In this document: positions 46,158 through 56,248 of the stretch, piece after piece
Numbering within the stretch: position 1 is the first letter of the stretch
How the letters are laid out: each line of letters opens with the position of its first letter
Origin: Bacillota bacterium
GTDB lineage: Bacteria > Bacillota > Clostridia > Christensenellales > UMGS416
NCBI GenBank assembly: GCA_016281935.1
Contig: JAEEJN010000089.1
Coordinates: 35,315-99,314, forward strand
DNA: 64,000 bases
Direction of reading: 5' to 3'
Made by a program: the position numbers and the translations under genes
Notes under the pieces: model-generated
The model's input: the letters and a program-made list of their open reading frames with translations, nothing else
The model's database searches: none
What the model was told of the DNA's origin: nothing

Positions 46158-47261
46158 TCAGTTGGTGATCTGTCCGTTGTGGATATGAAGGATCTGGCTG
46201 GAGATCCCATCCGGCAGGACAGCAGTATCGATATCGGTGCAGGTCAGTATGGTCTGAGCACCTTCTATTGCTGACTGGAGCAGTTTTCGTCTGCCCAGAT
46301 CGAGTTCGGAGTAAACATCGTCGAGAAGCAGTATCGGCATTTCACCGGTCTGATCCTTCATCCAGTGAAGCTGTGCGAGCTTCATGGCGATGGCGCAGGT
46401 TCTGACCTGGCCCTGAGATGCCTGTTCTCTTGCCGGCTTCCCGTTCAGCATCACGGAAAGGTCATCTCTGTGAGGACCGGTTTGCGTAGACTGCAGCCTA
46501 AGATCTCTTTCATGTCCCTGTTCCAGATGTTCCAGAAGTTCTGTATGGATCTCTTCTTCGCCGGAACCCGGAACGGAGGGACAGTATCTCAGGAGAAACT
46601 CTTCCCGGCCGCCTGTCAGGCTCTCATGGATTGCGATGATGATCGGAGACAGCTGGTCAAGGAATTTCTGCCTTGCGATAATAAGACGAGTCCCAAGGCT
46701 TGCAAGTTCCTCGTCCCAAACAAAGAGTGTATCCGGCTTTGCGATCCCTCTGGCTATTCCGCGAAGAAGGTCGTTACGCTGGGCGAGAGCTCTTTGATAC
46801 TGCTGGAGGCTTTGACAGTAGGAAGGATAGATCTGGGAAAGCGTACTGTCGATGAATCTGCGTCTGGCTGAAGGTCCTTCCCGGATCAACTGAAGGTCTT
46901 CCGGTGAGAAGATCACAGCCGTAGCATGTCCCATCAATTCGCTCATGCGCCTGATCGGGGATCCATTCACACGGATGGCTTTCTTGCCCGATTGGCTGAG
47001 TGCGATTTCAACAGTATGGATCCCATCCTTCTGCAGGACTCTGGCGGATACGTGAGCAGCATCCTGACCGGAAGCGATCAGGTTCTGCTGTTCCCGGGCG
47101 GAACGATGGCTCCTGCCCAGACAACAAAGGTAAACCGATTCCAGGAGATTCGTCTTTCCCTGAGCGTTTTCACCCCAGAGAACCGTGATGCCCGGCGGGA
47201 AGTCCAATTCCAGAGCTGATAGGTTCCTGTACCCGCTGAGGGCCAGATGCGTCAGCTCCAT
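46158..47261 (-). CDS. recF: DNA replication and repair protein RecF
   Basis: YRN, GENAQGKTNLLE, SHR, FSPEDL, GP..RRRF.D, GPHRDD, SQGQ.R, LLLDDV.SELD. Confidence 0.95.
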   Translation of the reverse strand: MELTHLALSGYRNLSALELDFPPGITVLWGENAQGKTNLLESVYLCCLGRSHRSAREQQNLIASGQDAAHVSARVLQKDGIHTVEIALSQSGKKAIRVNGSPIRRMSELMGHATAVIFSPEDLQLIREGPSARRRFIDSTLSQIYPSYCQSLQQYQRALAQRNDLLRGIARGIAKPDTLFVWDEELASLGTRLIIARQKFLDQLSPIIIAIHESLTGGREEFLLRYCPSVPGSGEEEIHTELLEHLEQGHERDLRLQSTQTGPHRDDLSVMLNGKPAREQASQGQVRTCAIAMKLAQLHWMKDQTGEMPILLLDDVYSELDLGRRKLLQSAIEGAQTILTCTDIDTAVLPDGISSQILHIHNGQITN

Positions 47262-47493
47262 TCTCCCTCCTGTAAGGACTGTTGCGATACCTCTGCAGTC
47301 TTTGTGGGTATTATACCATAAAATGCACAGAATGGAATAGGTATTTTTAAGGTTCTTTGAGCTTAGCATCCATAGAGAAAGCGTGTTTCTGCAGCGGTAT
47401 CCGGAGAAGCAGATCTCCTGTTCCGGCGGCTTTCCTTGGCAGAACAGGCGGAATCGGTTATAATAATTGAAAACACAGAAACAGGGAGGCCTT

Positions 47494-49503
47494 ATGGACC
47501 GTTATCTCCATCGAGAGCTGTCATGGCTGGATTTCAACGCAAGGGTTCTGGCACAGGCAAAGACGGAAGATGTTCCCATAGGGGAGCGCTGCCGTTTTCT
47601 TTCCATTACCCAGTCGAACGCCGACGAATTCCAGATGGTGCGTGTAGCGTCTCTTGCCCGTGATATCAGAAGACACAAAACAGGGAGTGTGTTAGGACGC
47701 TCCCCCAGGTTGCAGATGAAGGATGTCCGCGCCAAACTTCGTGCGCTCATGCGGGATCAGCAGATGACTGCAGCCCAGCTGCTTGCTGAGCTTTCTGAGC
47801 TGGGAGTTCGTTTACTGCATTTTCATGAACTGTCTTCCGATCAGCAGCAGGAGCTTAGGGGGCAGGTGCAGGAAGAATATCTGCCGCATCTTATGCCCAT
47901 ACTGATCCAGAAAGGCCGCAGACTGCCGCATATGAGCAGTAAACGTCTGCATCTGGCTATGCGGACAGGTGAAAAGGCATGGACCTATTCCATCCCTCTG
48001 GAATGGCCTCGTTTTCTGTCTGTTCCCGGAACTGAAACTGAATGGGTTCCGATGGAAGAAGTGATACTCACGTGTCTTCTGCCGGATGAAGGCGCTCAGG
48101 GCGTCCTTCTGTTCCGAATCCTGCGGGACGAGGATCTTGATTTCGACGATCAGGCTCCCGATTTCCTTAGCGAGATGGAAAGAAGCGTCCGCCGCCGTGG
48201 ATGGGGCGTACCCGTTGCCATGGAATACGCGCGGGAATTTCCCCGGGAAGGCTATGACCCTGTGCTGGAGGAAGCTCTTCGTATCGCTTTGTCTCTTGAA
48301 AGAAACGCTGTGACCGGGCTTCCCGTCATGTTGAATCCAAAACCGTTCACGGAACTGACGAAAGGGCTCGGAAAAGATGCATTCTTTCCGAAAGCAGCAC
48401 CCGTAATTCACGAGAATCTCCGGCGCGGCGTCAGCATGTTCGAAGCGATGCGCAAAGGCGATTTCATGGTCCATGTTCCTTACGAAGCCTATGATCCCGT
48501 GTTGCGGCTTCTTCAGGAGGCGGCGGAAGATCCAAACGTCATGTCCATCCGTCAGACGCTGTACCGCGTTTCTTCCCATTCCCCTGTGGTGGAGGCTCTT
48601 GGCCGCGCTGCACGAGCCGGAAAAACGGTCACAGTCATGGTGGAACTGAAAGCCAGGTTCGATGAGGAGCACAATATCCACTGGGCTCACGTCCTGGAGC
48701 ATATGGGATGCCAGGTGATCTATGGGCTTGCGGGACTGAAAGTGCATGGAAAAGCACTGCTCATCACGCGAAGAGGGGAAAAAGGAGTTGAAAGATATCT
48801 CCACCTGGGGACAGGGAATTACAACGAGGATACGGCCCGGGCGTACAGCGACATGCATCTGTTCACATGCCGTGAAGACCTGTGCAAGGATGCGGAAGAG
48901 CTTTTTAAGGCGCTTTCTGCTCAGGAGGAAATGCCTGTACTGAGAAAACTGAAACTGTCCCCCAACGGTATGAGGCCTTTCCTTTATGAGAAGATAGACA
49001 GAGAGATCGAGAACGCAAAAGCCGGACGTCCTTCGGGAATCCGGGCTAAAGTCAATTCTCTTTCCGATATCGGCATCATCGACAGGCTGTATGAAGCATC
49101 GCGTGCAGGCGTGCCCGTGGAACTGGTGACACGCGGTATCTGCTGTCTGCTTCCGGGGGTCGAGGGAATGAGCGAGAATATCCGGGTGGTATCCATCGTC
49201 GGACGTTATCTGGAGCATCATCGGATCTTTGCGTTCGAAGCTGACGGAGCCAAAGAGATCTATCTTTCTTCCGCGGACTGGATGCCCCGAAACCTTGACC
49301 GAAGGGTCGAGATCGCGTTCCCCGTTGAAGATCCGGTGTGTGCGGAGCGCCTGCACCGTCTCCTGTCCATTGCACTGGCCGACAACGTGCAGGGGTGGGA
49401 ACTCCACTCCGACGGGACTTGGTCCCGTGTGAAACAGGGAGACAGCCCGCGAGTGGATTTTCAGAGTTACTGTGCGGAAGAGATGAATCTGTTCCAGTCG
49501 TGA
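47494..49503 (+). CDS. ppk1: Polyphosphate kinase 1
   Basis: RELSWL.FN.RVL, SN.DEF..VRVA, QTLYR, VELKARFDE..NI, KVH.K, GTGNYN, GRYLEH.R, SADWMPRNL.RR.E. Confidence 0.93.
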   Translation: MDRYLHRELSWLDFNARVLAQAKTEDVPIGERCRFLSITQSNADEFQMVRVASLARDIRRHKTGSVLGRSPRLQMKDVRAKLRALMRDQQMTAAQLLAELSELGVRLLHFHELSSDQQQELRGQVQEEYLPHLMPILIQKGRRLPHMSSKRLHLAMRTGEKAWTYSIPLEWPRFLSVPGTETEWVPMEEVILTCLLPDEGAQGVLLFRILRDEDLDFDDQAPDFLSEMERSVRRRGWGVPVAMEYAREFPREGYDPVLEEALRIALSLERNAVTGLPVMLNPKPFTELTKGLGKDAFFPKAAPVIHENLRRGVSMFEAMRKGDFMVHVPYEAYDPVLRLLQEAAEDPNVMSIRQTLYRVSSHSPVVEALGRAARAGKTVTVMVELKARFDEEHNIHWAHVLEHMGCQVIYGLAGLKVHGKALLITRRGEKGVERYLHLGTGNYNEDTARAYSDMHLFTCREDLCKDAEELFKALSAQEEMPVLRKLKLSPNGMRPFLYEKIDREIENAKAGRPSGIRAKVNSLSDIGIIDRLYEASRAGVPVELVTRGICCLLPGVEGMSENIRVVSIVGRYLEHHRIFAFEADGAKEIYLSSADWMPRNLDRRVEIAFPVEDPVCAERLHRLLSIALADNVQGWELHSDGTWSRVKQGDSPRVDFQSYCAEEMNLFQS

Positions 49504-49551
49504 AACCGGGGGAATAAAGCCGCGAAACGGCTTTTTTCCATTGGTTCAGCC

Positions 49552-49580
49552 TTTACAATCCACTGTTTTTCGGGTATAAT
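49552..49580 (+). promoter_or_regulatory. Sigma-A promoter of T-box-ileS
   Basis: TTTACA-17 nt-TATAAT. Confidence 0.7.
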
Positions 49581-49593
49581 ACCGTTTACAACC

Positions 49594-49815
49594 GAGCGAT
49601 GGGGACAAGCATCACGCCAGAACGCAAGAAGAGAGCCGGGGACAGGTGAAAGCCCGGTGCGGGAAGGCAGGAAAGCATCACCCCGGACGGGCCGGACTGA
49701 ATCAAGTAAGACCGGACGGCAGCCCACCGTGAGCGGGTATTTGAGAGCGCCTTTCAGGCGAATTCAGGTGGTAACGCGGATCCCCCTCCGTCCTGTGCGG
49801 ACGGGGGGATTTTTG
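49594..49815 (+). ncRNA. T-box riboswitch, isoleucine-specific
   Basis: AGAGAG...GGTGAAA stem I signatures, specifier AUC at 49677-49679, T-box AATTCAGGTGGTAACGCG at 49761-49778, terminator ATCCCCCTCCGTCC/GGACGGGGGGAT-TTTT. Confidence 0.9.
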
Positions 49816-49832
49816 ATTTTGGAGGTATTTCC

Positions 49833-52800
49833 ATGCTGTATGAACCCGTATCCTCCTCTCTGGATTTTGCTGCCAGAGAGAAAGAGATGCTCCAATTCTG
49901 GAAAGATCATTCGATCTTTGAAAAAAGCGTGTCGCTGCGTGAAGGTTCTCCTTCCTTCACGTTCTATGACGGTCCGCCTACTTCCAATGGCCGTCCGCAT
50001 ATCGGACATGTACTGACCCGTTCCATCAAGGACCTGATCCCCCGTTACCGCACGATGAAGGGATATCAGGTGCTCCGCAAAGCCGGATGGGACACCCATG
50101 GCCTGCCTGTGGAACTGGAAGTCGAGAAAAAGCTGGGATTCAACGGCAAGGAACAGATTGAAGCGTTCGGGATCGCGAACTTCAATGAAGAATGCAGGAC
50201 TTCTGTCTGGACTTATCTGGACGAGTGGCAGAAAATGAGTGACCGTGTCGGCTTCTGGGCCGATATGGACAATCCCTATGTGACCTATCACAACGATTAT
50301 ATCGAATCGGAATGGTGGGCTTTCAAGAAGATCCATGAAAAAGGTCTTCTTTACAAAGGATATAAAGTCGTGCCTTACTGCCCCCGCTGCGGGACCGCTC
50401 TTGCTTCCCACGAGGTAGCTCAGGGTTATAAGGACGTCAAGGAGACCTCTGCAATCGCCAGATTCCGTGTCAAGGGCAGCGACGCTTCCATCCTTGCATG
50501 GACGACGACTCCCTGGACCCTTCCGTCGAACGTTGCTCTGTGCGTGAATGCGCATGAGGATTACGTAAAAGCAGAAAGCAGGGGAGAGATCTTCATTCTG
50601 GCCGCGGCACTTGTGGAAAGCATCCTCGGAGAAGACGCCAAGGTGCTTGAGACCATGAAAGGTGCCGATCTCGAAGGCATGGAATATGAACAGCTCATGC
50701 CTTTCGGCTCCGTAAAGGGGAAAGCGTTCTATGTCGTCTGCGATGACTATGTCACGTTGACCGATGGTACCGGTGTCGTGCATATCGCGCCGGCCTTCGG
50801 TGAAGATGACGCCCGTATCGGACGGAATTACAATCTTCCTCTTCTTCAGATGGTGGATGAACACGGCGAGTTCACAGGAGGGACCCCGTGGGATGGGATG
50901 TTCTGCAAGGACGGAGACTCTAAAGTCCTGGAATATCTCAAAGAGCGCGGCCTGCTGTTTGCAGCCCTTCCCTATGAGCACAGCTATCCCTTCTGCTGGC
51001 GCTGCAACACTCCTCTGCTTTACTATGCCCGCTCTTCCTGGTTCGTGAAGACGACGGCTATCAAGGATGAACTGATTGCCAACAACCGAACGGTCAACTG
51101 GATCCCTGAGACGATCAAGGAAGGCCGTATGGGCAACTGGCTGGAAAATGTCATTGACTGGGCGGTATCCCGTCAGCGCTACTGGGGAACGCCTCTGCCC
51201 GTATGGGAATGTGAATGCGGTCATATTGAAGTCATCGGTTCCAGGGCGGAGCTGGAGGAAAAGTGCGGGAACGTTCCGCATGATCTGGATCTTCATCGCC
51301 CCTATATCGATGAATATACGATGAAATGCCCCTGCTGCGGCAAAGAAATGCACAGGGTACCGGATGTCGCAGACTGCTGGTTCGATTCCGGATCCATGCC
51401 TTTTGCTCAGTGGCACTATCCTTTTGAGAACAAAGAGACTTTCGAAGAGCATTTCCCGGCGGATTTCATCTCCGAAGCACAGGATCAGACACGCGGATGG
51501 TTCTATACCCTCCTGACGCTCTCCACACTCCTGTTCGATCAGGCGCCTTTTAAAAACTGCATCGTTCTGGGCCTTGTAAACGACAAGAACGGCATCAAGA
51601 TGAGTAAGCATCTGGGCAACGTTGTCGATCCCTGGAGCGTACTGGATGCGCAGGGAGCCGATGCTGTCCGCTGGTATTTCTATACCGGATCTGCGCTTTG
51701 GCTGCCCAGCAGATTCTCCGGAGAAGCCGTGAGTGAGGCTCAGCGTAAGTTCATGGGCACTCTCTGGAATACGTATGCGTTCTACATCCTCTATGCCAAT
51801 ATCGATGGATTCAATCCCAACGATTATGAGTTTAAGCCTGAAACTCTGGGAGTCATGGACCGCTGGCTGCTTTCCCGTCTGAACACGCTGGTTCGGACAA
51901 TGGATGAGCATCTGGAGAACTACCGCATCACGGAAGGCGGACGTGCACTGTCTGCCTTCGTTGATGAGCTTTCCAACTGGTATGTGCGCCGCGGGCGTGA
52001 ACGCTACTGGGCCTCCGGCATGGAGCAGGATAAGATCAATGCTTATCTTACACTTTATACCGCTTTGGAAACCCTCAGCCGTCTCTGTGCGCCTTATATC
52101 CCCTTCATGGCGGATGAGATCTATCAGAATATCGTGCGCCGTGTAGATCCTGAAGCGCCTGAATCCGTTCATCTTTGTGACTGGCCGGAATACAGTGCCG
52201 AGATGGTTGATCCCGGGCTGGAAGCTTCCATGTCCAAAGTCCTCACCTATGTGACTCTTGGACGTGCTGCTCGGAACGTGGCTTCACTGAAAGTCCGTCA
52301 ACCCCTTTCTACCCTCTATGTGCTGGGAGAGGAACTGACTCCGGAATTCAATGTGCTCGTCGCGGATGAACTGAACGTCAAAACTGTGGTATATGCCAAT
52401 GACGAAGCCAGCCTTGTGGATTATGAGATTAAACCGCAGATGCGAACGCTCGGGCCGAGGCTCGGGAAACTCCTTCCCGCCGTGCGGACGGCTCTGGCCG
52501 CATGTGACGGCGTAGACTGCGTCAGACAGCTGAAAGAGAACGGCGTCTATAAACTCGAACTGGCCGACCAGACAATCGAACTGGCCGAGTCTGACCTGTT
52601 GATCTCTCCCCGTCAGAAGAGCGGTCTGGTCAGTCAGAGCGATCAGGGAGTGACGGTAGCCCTTGATACCGCACTGACTCCGGAACTTGTGCTCGAAGGA
52701 CAGATCCGTGAGATCGTATCCAAAGTCCAGAACCTGCGCAAGGAAGCTGATTTTGTTGTAACGGATCATATCCGGCTCGGCTATGCGGGCGATGAAAAGT

Positions 52801-52940
52801 TCTGCAGCCTTATGGCATCGAACGCTTCCGCAATCGGAGAGGATGTACTGGCGGATCGTATCGAAGAAGGGCTTTCCGGCTACGAAGGCGAAGTGAATCT
52901 CGATGCCTTTGCCGGCCGGCTCTCCGTGGAGAAACTCTGA
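49833..52940 (+). CDS. ileS: Isoleucine--tRNA ligase, type 2
   Basis: DGPP...G.PHIGH, GWDTHGLP.E, WTTTPWTLPSN, SRQRYWGTP, KMSKH.GN; 1035 aa with an IleRS2-type C-terminus. Confidence 0.96.
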   Translation: MLYEPVSSSLDFAAREKEMLQFWKDHSIFEKSVSLREGSPSFTFYDGPPTSNGRPHIGHVLTRSIKDLIPRYRTMKGYQVLRKAGWDTHGLPVELEVEKKLGFNGKEQIEAFGIANFNEECRTSVWTYLDEWQKMSDRVGFWADMDNPYVTYHNDYIESEWWAFKKIHEKGLLYKGYKVVPYCPRCGTALASHEVAQGYKDVKETSAIARFRVKGSDASILAWTTTPWTLPSNVALCVNAHEDYVKAESRGEIFILAAALVESILGEDAKVLETMKGADLEGMEYEQLMPFGSVKGKAFYVVCDDYVTLTDGTGVVHIAPAFGEDDARIGRNYNLPLLQMVDEHGEFTGGTPWDGMFCKDGDSKVLEYLKERGLLFAALPYEHSYPFCWRCNTPLLYYARSSWFVKTTAIKDELIANNRTVNWIPETIKEGRMGNWLENVIDWAVSRQRYWGTPLPVWECECGHIEVIGSRAELEEKCGNVPHDLDLHRPYIDEYTMKCPCCGKEMHRVPDVADCWFDSGSMPFAQWHYPFENKETFEEHFPADFISEAQDQTRGWFYTLLTLSTLLFDQAPFKNCIVLGLVNDKNGIKMSKHLGNVVDPWSVLDAQGADAVRWYFYTGSALWLPSRFSGEAVSEAQRKFMGTLWNTYAFYILYANIDGFNPNDYEFKPETLGVMDRWLLSRLNTLVRTMDEHLENYRITEGGRALSAFVDELSNWYVRRGRERYWASGMEQDKINAYLTLYTALETLSRLCAPYIPFMADEIYQNIVRRVDPEAPESVHLCDWPEYSAEMVDPGLEASMSKVLTYVTLGRAARNVASLKVRQPLSTLYVLGEELTPEFNVLVADELNVKTVVYANDEASLVDYEIKPQMRTLGPRLGKLLPAVRTALAACDGVDCVRQLKENGVYKLELADQTIELAESDLLISPRQKSGLVSQSDQGVTVALDTALTPELVLEGQIREIVSKVQNLRKEADFVVTDHIRLGYAGDEKFCSLMASNASAIGEDVLADRIEEGLSGYEGEVNLDAFAGRLSVEKL

Positions 52941-53797
52941 TGTGGCTTGCTGACACCTGGAGGGACTATGAAGTCCTGGACTGCGGAGACGGCGAAAAGT
53001 TGGAGAGATGGGGCGAAACGATACTTCTTCGCCCCGATCCCCAGGCAATATGGCCTGCAGGATCTAGACTCGAAGCAACAACCGGCTTGAATGCGCATTA
53101 TCACCGCTCTGCTTCCGGAGGCGGTGAATGGGAAGTGCTCACCAGACTTCAGGATCCCTGGCAGATCTCATATAGGAAGCTGACCTTTGAAGTCGGACTC
53201 ATGGGCTTCAAACATACAGGACTGTTTCCTGAACAGGCTGTCAACTGGGACTGGATGGGAAACCAGCTTCAGGGAAAGGAAAACGCTGAAGTCCTGAATC
53301 TCTTCGGGTATACCGGCGCTGCGACAGTAGCCTGTGCCGCAGCCGGAGCCAAGGTCGTGCATGTGGATGCGTCCAAAGGCATGACCCAATGGGCAAAACG
53401 CAATCTTTCCCTGAACCTCCCGGAAAACCGTTCCGTGCGCTGGATCGTGGAAGACTGTCTCGCTTTTGTGAAGCGTGAACTGCGCAGAGGGAGAAAGTAT
53501 CAGGGCATCCTGATGGATCCGCCCAGTTACGGACGGGGCCCGAACGGACAGACATGGAAGCTGGAAGACTCGATCTACGAACTGCTTCAGCTGACATCCC
53601 AGCTTCTGGCGGAGGATGCCTGCTTCTTTCTTCTGAACAGTTATACAACAGGACTGCAGTCTTCGGTGCTTTCAGATCTTCTTAAGCTTACTGTCGGACA
53701 GCATGGAGGCAAGGTGACGGCAGATGAACTCGGGCTTCCCGTATCCAGGAGGCCGATTGTGCTGCCCTGCGGTGCGAGCGGAAGGTGGGTCCCGTGA
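52940..53797 (+). CDS. Class I SAM-dependent methyltransferase (RlmI/RlmK-like)
   Basis: G.GEKLERWG, FKHTG.FPEQ, LNLFGYTG, VDAS, DPPSYGRG. Confidence 0.85.
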   Translation: MWLADTWRDYEVLDCGDGEKLERWGETILLRPDPQAIWPAGSRLEATTGLNAHYHRSASGGGEWEVLTRLQDPWQISYRKLTFEVGLMGFKHTGLFPEQAVNWDWMGNQLQGKENAEVLNLFGYTGAATVACAAAGAKVVHVDASKGMTQWAKRNLSLNLPENRSVRWIVEDCLAFVKRELRRGRKYQGILMDPPSYGRGPNGQTWKLEDSIYELLQLTSQLLAEDACFFLLNSYTTGLQSSVLSDLLKLTVGQHGGKVTADELGLPVSRRPIVLPCGASGRWVP

Positions 53798-54471
53798 GGA
53801 CACCGAGGATACTGTATGAGGACAACCATATCCTGGTTGTCGTAAAGCCGAAGGGCATGCCCGTGCAGGCGGATGCCTCCGGGGATGCGGATCTTGCGAC
53901 GGTCCTCAAAGAGTACATCAAAGTCAAATACCGGAAGCCGGGCGCGGTCTGGCTGGGAATCGTTCACAGGCTTGACCGGCCGGTCGGAGGCGTTATGGTT
54001 TTTGCCCGGACCTCCAAAGCTGCCGCCCGCCTTTCGGACGAGATACGGCGGGGAGAGATGAACAAACGTTATCTCTGCGTCGCTAAGGGTGAGTTTTCTC
54101 CCGGCAGTTGGGAAGACTGGCTGCTGAAAGACAGTGCCACCAACACGTCCCGTACCGTACCGGAAGGCACGGAAGGGGCAAAAAATGCCAGCCTTATTCA
54201 ACGTACTATAGCGTATGAACAAGGACTGAGCCTGACGGAGGTTGAGCTTCTGACGGGACGAAGCCATCAGATCCGCGTACAGTTCTCCTCAAGAGGACAT
54301 GCTCTGTGGGGAGATGCCAGATATAACCCGGAATCAAAACCAGGGCAGGATATCGCGCTTTTTGCTGCTGAACTGTCTTTTACGCACCCTACGACAAAGG
54401 AAAGGCTGACCTTCACCGCGAGCCCTGAAGGAGTTCCCTGGAATCTTTTTGAAATCGAAAGGATAGACTGA
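53794..54471 (+). CDS. RluA-family pseudouridine synthase
   Basis: KP.G, HRLDRPVGG catalytic Asp, TGRSHQIR, GD.RY. Confidence 0.9.
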   Translation: MRTPRILYEDNHILVVVKPKGMPVQADASGDADLATVLKEYIKVKYRKPGAVWLGIVHRLDRPVGGVMVFARTSKAAARLSDEIRRGEMNKRYLCVAKGEFSPGSWEDWLLKDSATNTSRTVPEGTEGAKNASLIQRTIAYEQGLSLTEVELLTGRSHQIRVQFSSRGHALWGDARYNPESKPGQDIALFAAELSFTHPTTKERLTFTASPEGVPWNLFEIERID

Positions 54472-54788
54472 TGGAAAGGTACGCTTGGAAAGCCCGCGTT
54501 CTGCCGGGAAAACTGGAAGAATACCGTCGCCGTCATGATGAAATCTGGCCGGAACTCGTAGCTGTTCTCAAAGAAGCCGGGATATGCAACTATACGATCT
54601 GGCAGACTGGGGACGAATTGTTCGGCTACTATGAATGCGAGAAAGGTTCCGATTATGCTGCACGCGTGCAGGCGGAAAGCCCTGTCGTCGATCGGTGGAA
54701 TCTGTACATGAAGGACGTCATGGAGATGGAGATGGATCCGGTCACTGGTGCGCAGCCCAAAATGGTACAGGTGTTCCGTCTGGAATAG
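54471..54788 (+). CDS. rhaM: L-rhamnose mutarotase-family protein
   Basis: EY.RRH..IWPE, GI.NY.I, LFGY.E, W..YM; VF.L C-terminus. Confidence 0.8.
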   Translation: MERYAWKARVLPGKLEEYRRRHDEIWPELVAVLKEAGICNYTIWQTGDELFGYYECEKGSDYAARVQAESPVVDRWNLYMKDVMEMEMDPVTGAQPKMVQVFRLE

Positions 54789-54813
54789 AGACCATATGGT
54801 CAGGCCGACAAAA

Positions 54814-54856
54814 AGAAACAGAGCAGAGGGGATAAAACTCCTCTGCTCTGTTTTTT
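54814..54856. terminator. Bidirectional terminator between the ileS and gcv operons
   Basis: AAACAGAGCAGAGG/CCTCTGCTCTGTTT flanked by A and T runs. Confidence 0.8.
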
Positions 54857-54886
54857 GCGGGATCCTGTCACAGGCTTTCGTGAAGA

Positions 54887-56248
54887 TCAGTCTCTGCAGA
54901 CTTCTGCCGCCATTTCTGATACGGTAGGATGGGGATGGATGACAGATGCGACCTGTCTGGCTGTGAGACCGAGAGACACGGCCAGAGCGAATTCTCCGAC
55001 CAGATCTGTCGCTCTCGGACAGAAAAGCTGTGCGCCGAGGATCCTGTCTGTTTCCTTATCAAAGACTGCTTTGATGAATCCGGATTCACCGCTTTCGATC
55101 ACACATTTTCCGTTGGATCCGGTCAGGACTTTTTTGACCCGGCAGGGGATGCCCTGTGCTTTGGCTTCAGCTTCTGTCAGCCCGACGGAAGCGATCTCAG
55201 GCTGAGTATAGACACAAGCGGGCACGGTATTCATATCTACAGGCAGAGGAAGACCAAGAATCGCCGCAACAGCGTTGCGCGCCTGTGCTTCTGCTGTGTG
55301 TGCCAGCTGCATTGTCCTTGCTCTGGCATCGCCGATCACATATACGTGCGGAATGGAACTGAGTCCGGACTCATCCGTCAGGATGGCACCGCGCTCCATT
55401 TGAGGGATCATATCTGTAAAGAGCCCGTCCGATGCGGCCTTGCGTCCGGTGGCGACGAGAACTCCTTCGGCTTCTGCTGAGCACTCTTTACCGGCTTTAT
55501 CCGTATAGCGCACAATCATATGCCCGGGTGTTCCTTCGACAGACGTGACCCTGCAGGAGAGATTGACAGACGCCCCCTGCTTTTTCAGAAGCAAGGCCAG
55601 ACGCTGTCCGAATTCTCTGTCCATGGGAGGGAGAAGATGCTCCATGGCTTCAAGGACCGTAATCTGGCTTCCGAGATTCAGATAGATGGATGCGCACTCA
55701 CAACCAATAACACCGCCCCCGATGATGATGAGAGAAGAGTAGTACCTGCCGCTGCCTTCGAGGATCTCATTGCTGGTGCAGACACCGGGAAGATTCAATC
55801 CGGGAATCGGCGGAAGGGACGGGACGGAACCTGCCGCGATAATGACATCTTTGGCTTCGTAGATCTCGCCGTCTGCTTCGATCCTGACATTTTCACTGCC
55901 GCATGAGAGAATTTTAGCACTGGAACGGATGACTGTGACCTTGTCGGATTTCATCAGCTTTTCAATGCCCTGGCGAAGGAATGTGACAACGGAATCTTTC
56001 TTTTCGTGCATGACTCGGAAATCATACTCGGATGCTTCCAGACGCAGTCCCCATTCCTGAGCATGAAGAGCGGTCCTGTACAGTTCACTTCCGTGCAGCA
56101 GTGCTTTTGTAGGGATGCATCCTCTGTTCAGACAGGTACCGCCCAAAAGATCTTTTTCAAAAAGGATTACGGACAGGCCGGCTTTGGCAGCTTCATCTGC
56201 TGCCGTATATCCTCCGGGACCTCCGCCGATGACAGCAAGATCATACAT
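54887..56248 (-). CDS. lpdA: Dihydrolipoyl dehydrogenase (glycine cleavage L protein)
   Basis: GGGPGGY, GGTCLNRGCIPTK redox disulfide, GGGVIG, HPT.SE. Confidence 0.93.
   Translation of the reverse strand: MYDLAVIGGGPGGYTAADEAAKAGLSVILFEKDLLGGTCLNRGCIPTKALLHGSELYRTALHAQEWGLRLEASEYDFRVMHEKKDSVVTFLRQGIEKLMKSDKVTVIRSSAKILSCGSENVRIEADGEIYEAKDVIIAAGSVPSLPPIPGLNLPGVCTSNEILEGSGRYYSSLIIIGGGVIGCECASIYLNLGSQITVLEAMEHLLPPMDREFGQRLALLLKKQGASVNLSCRVTSVEGTPGHMIVRYTDKAGKECSAEAEGVLVATGRKAASDGLFTDMIPQMERGAILTDESGLSSIPHVYVIGDARARTMQLAHTAEAQARNAVAAILGLPLPVDMNTVPACVYTQPEIASVGLTEAEAKAQGIPCRVKKVLTGSNGKCVIESGESGFIKAVFDKETDRILGAQLFCPRATDLVGEFALAVSLGLTARQVASVIHPHPTVSEMAAEVCRD

Noticed and set aside
49764-52172. 802-aa ORF antisense to ileS, and similar long shadows at 2127-3413, 17216-18799, 22244-23482, 26790-28346, 28520-29953, 47812-49407 and 57351-58940
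   Set aside because: Each lies opposite a well-supported gene and has no recognisable motifs or RBS; such shadow ORFs are expected from codon bias in the sense gene.
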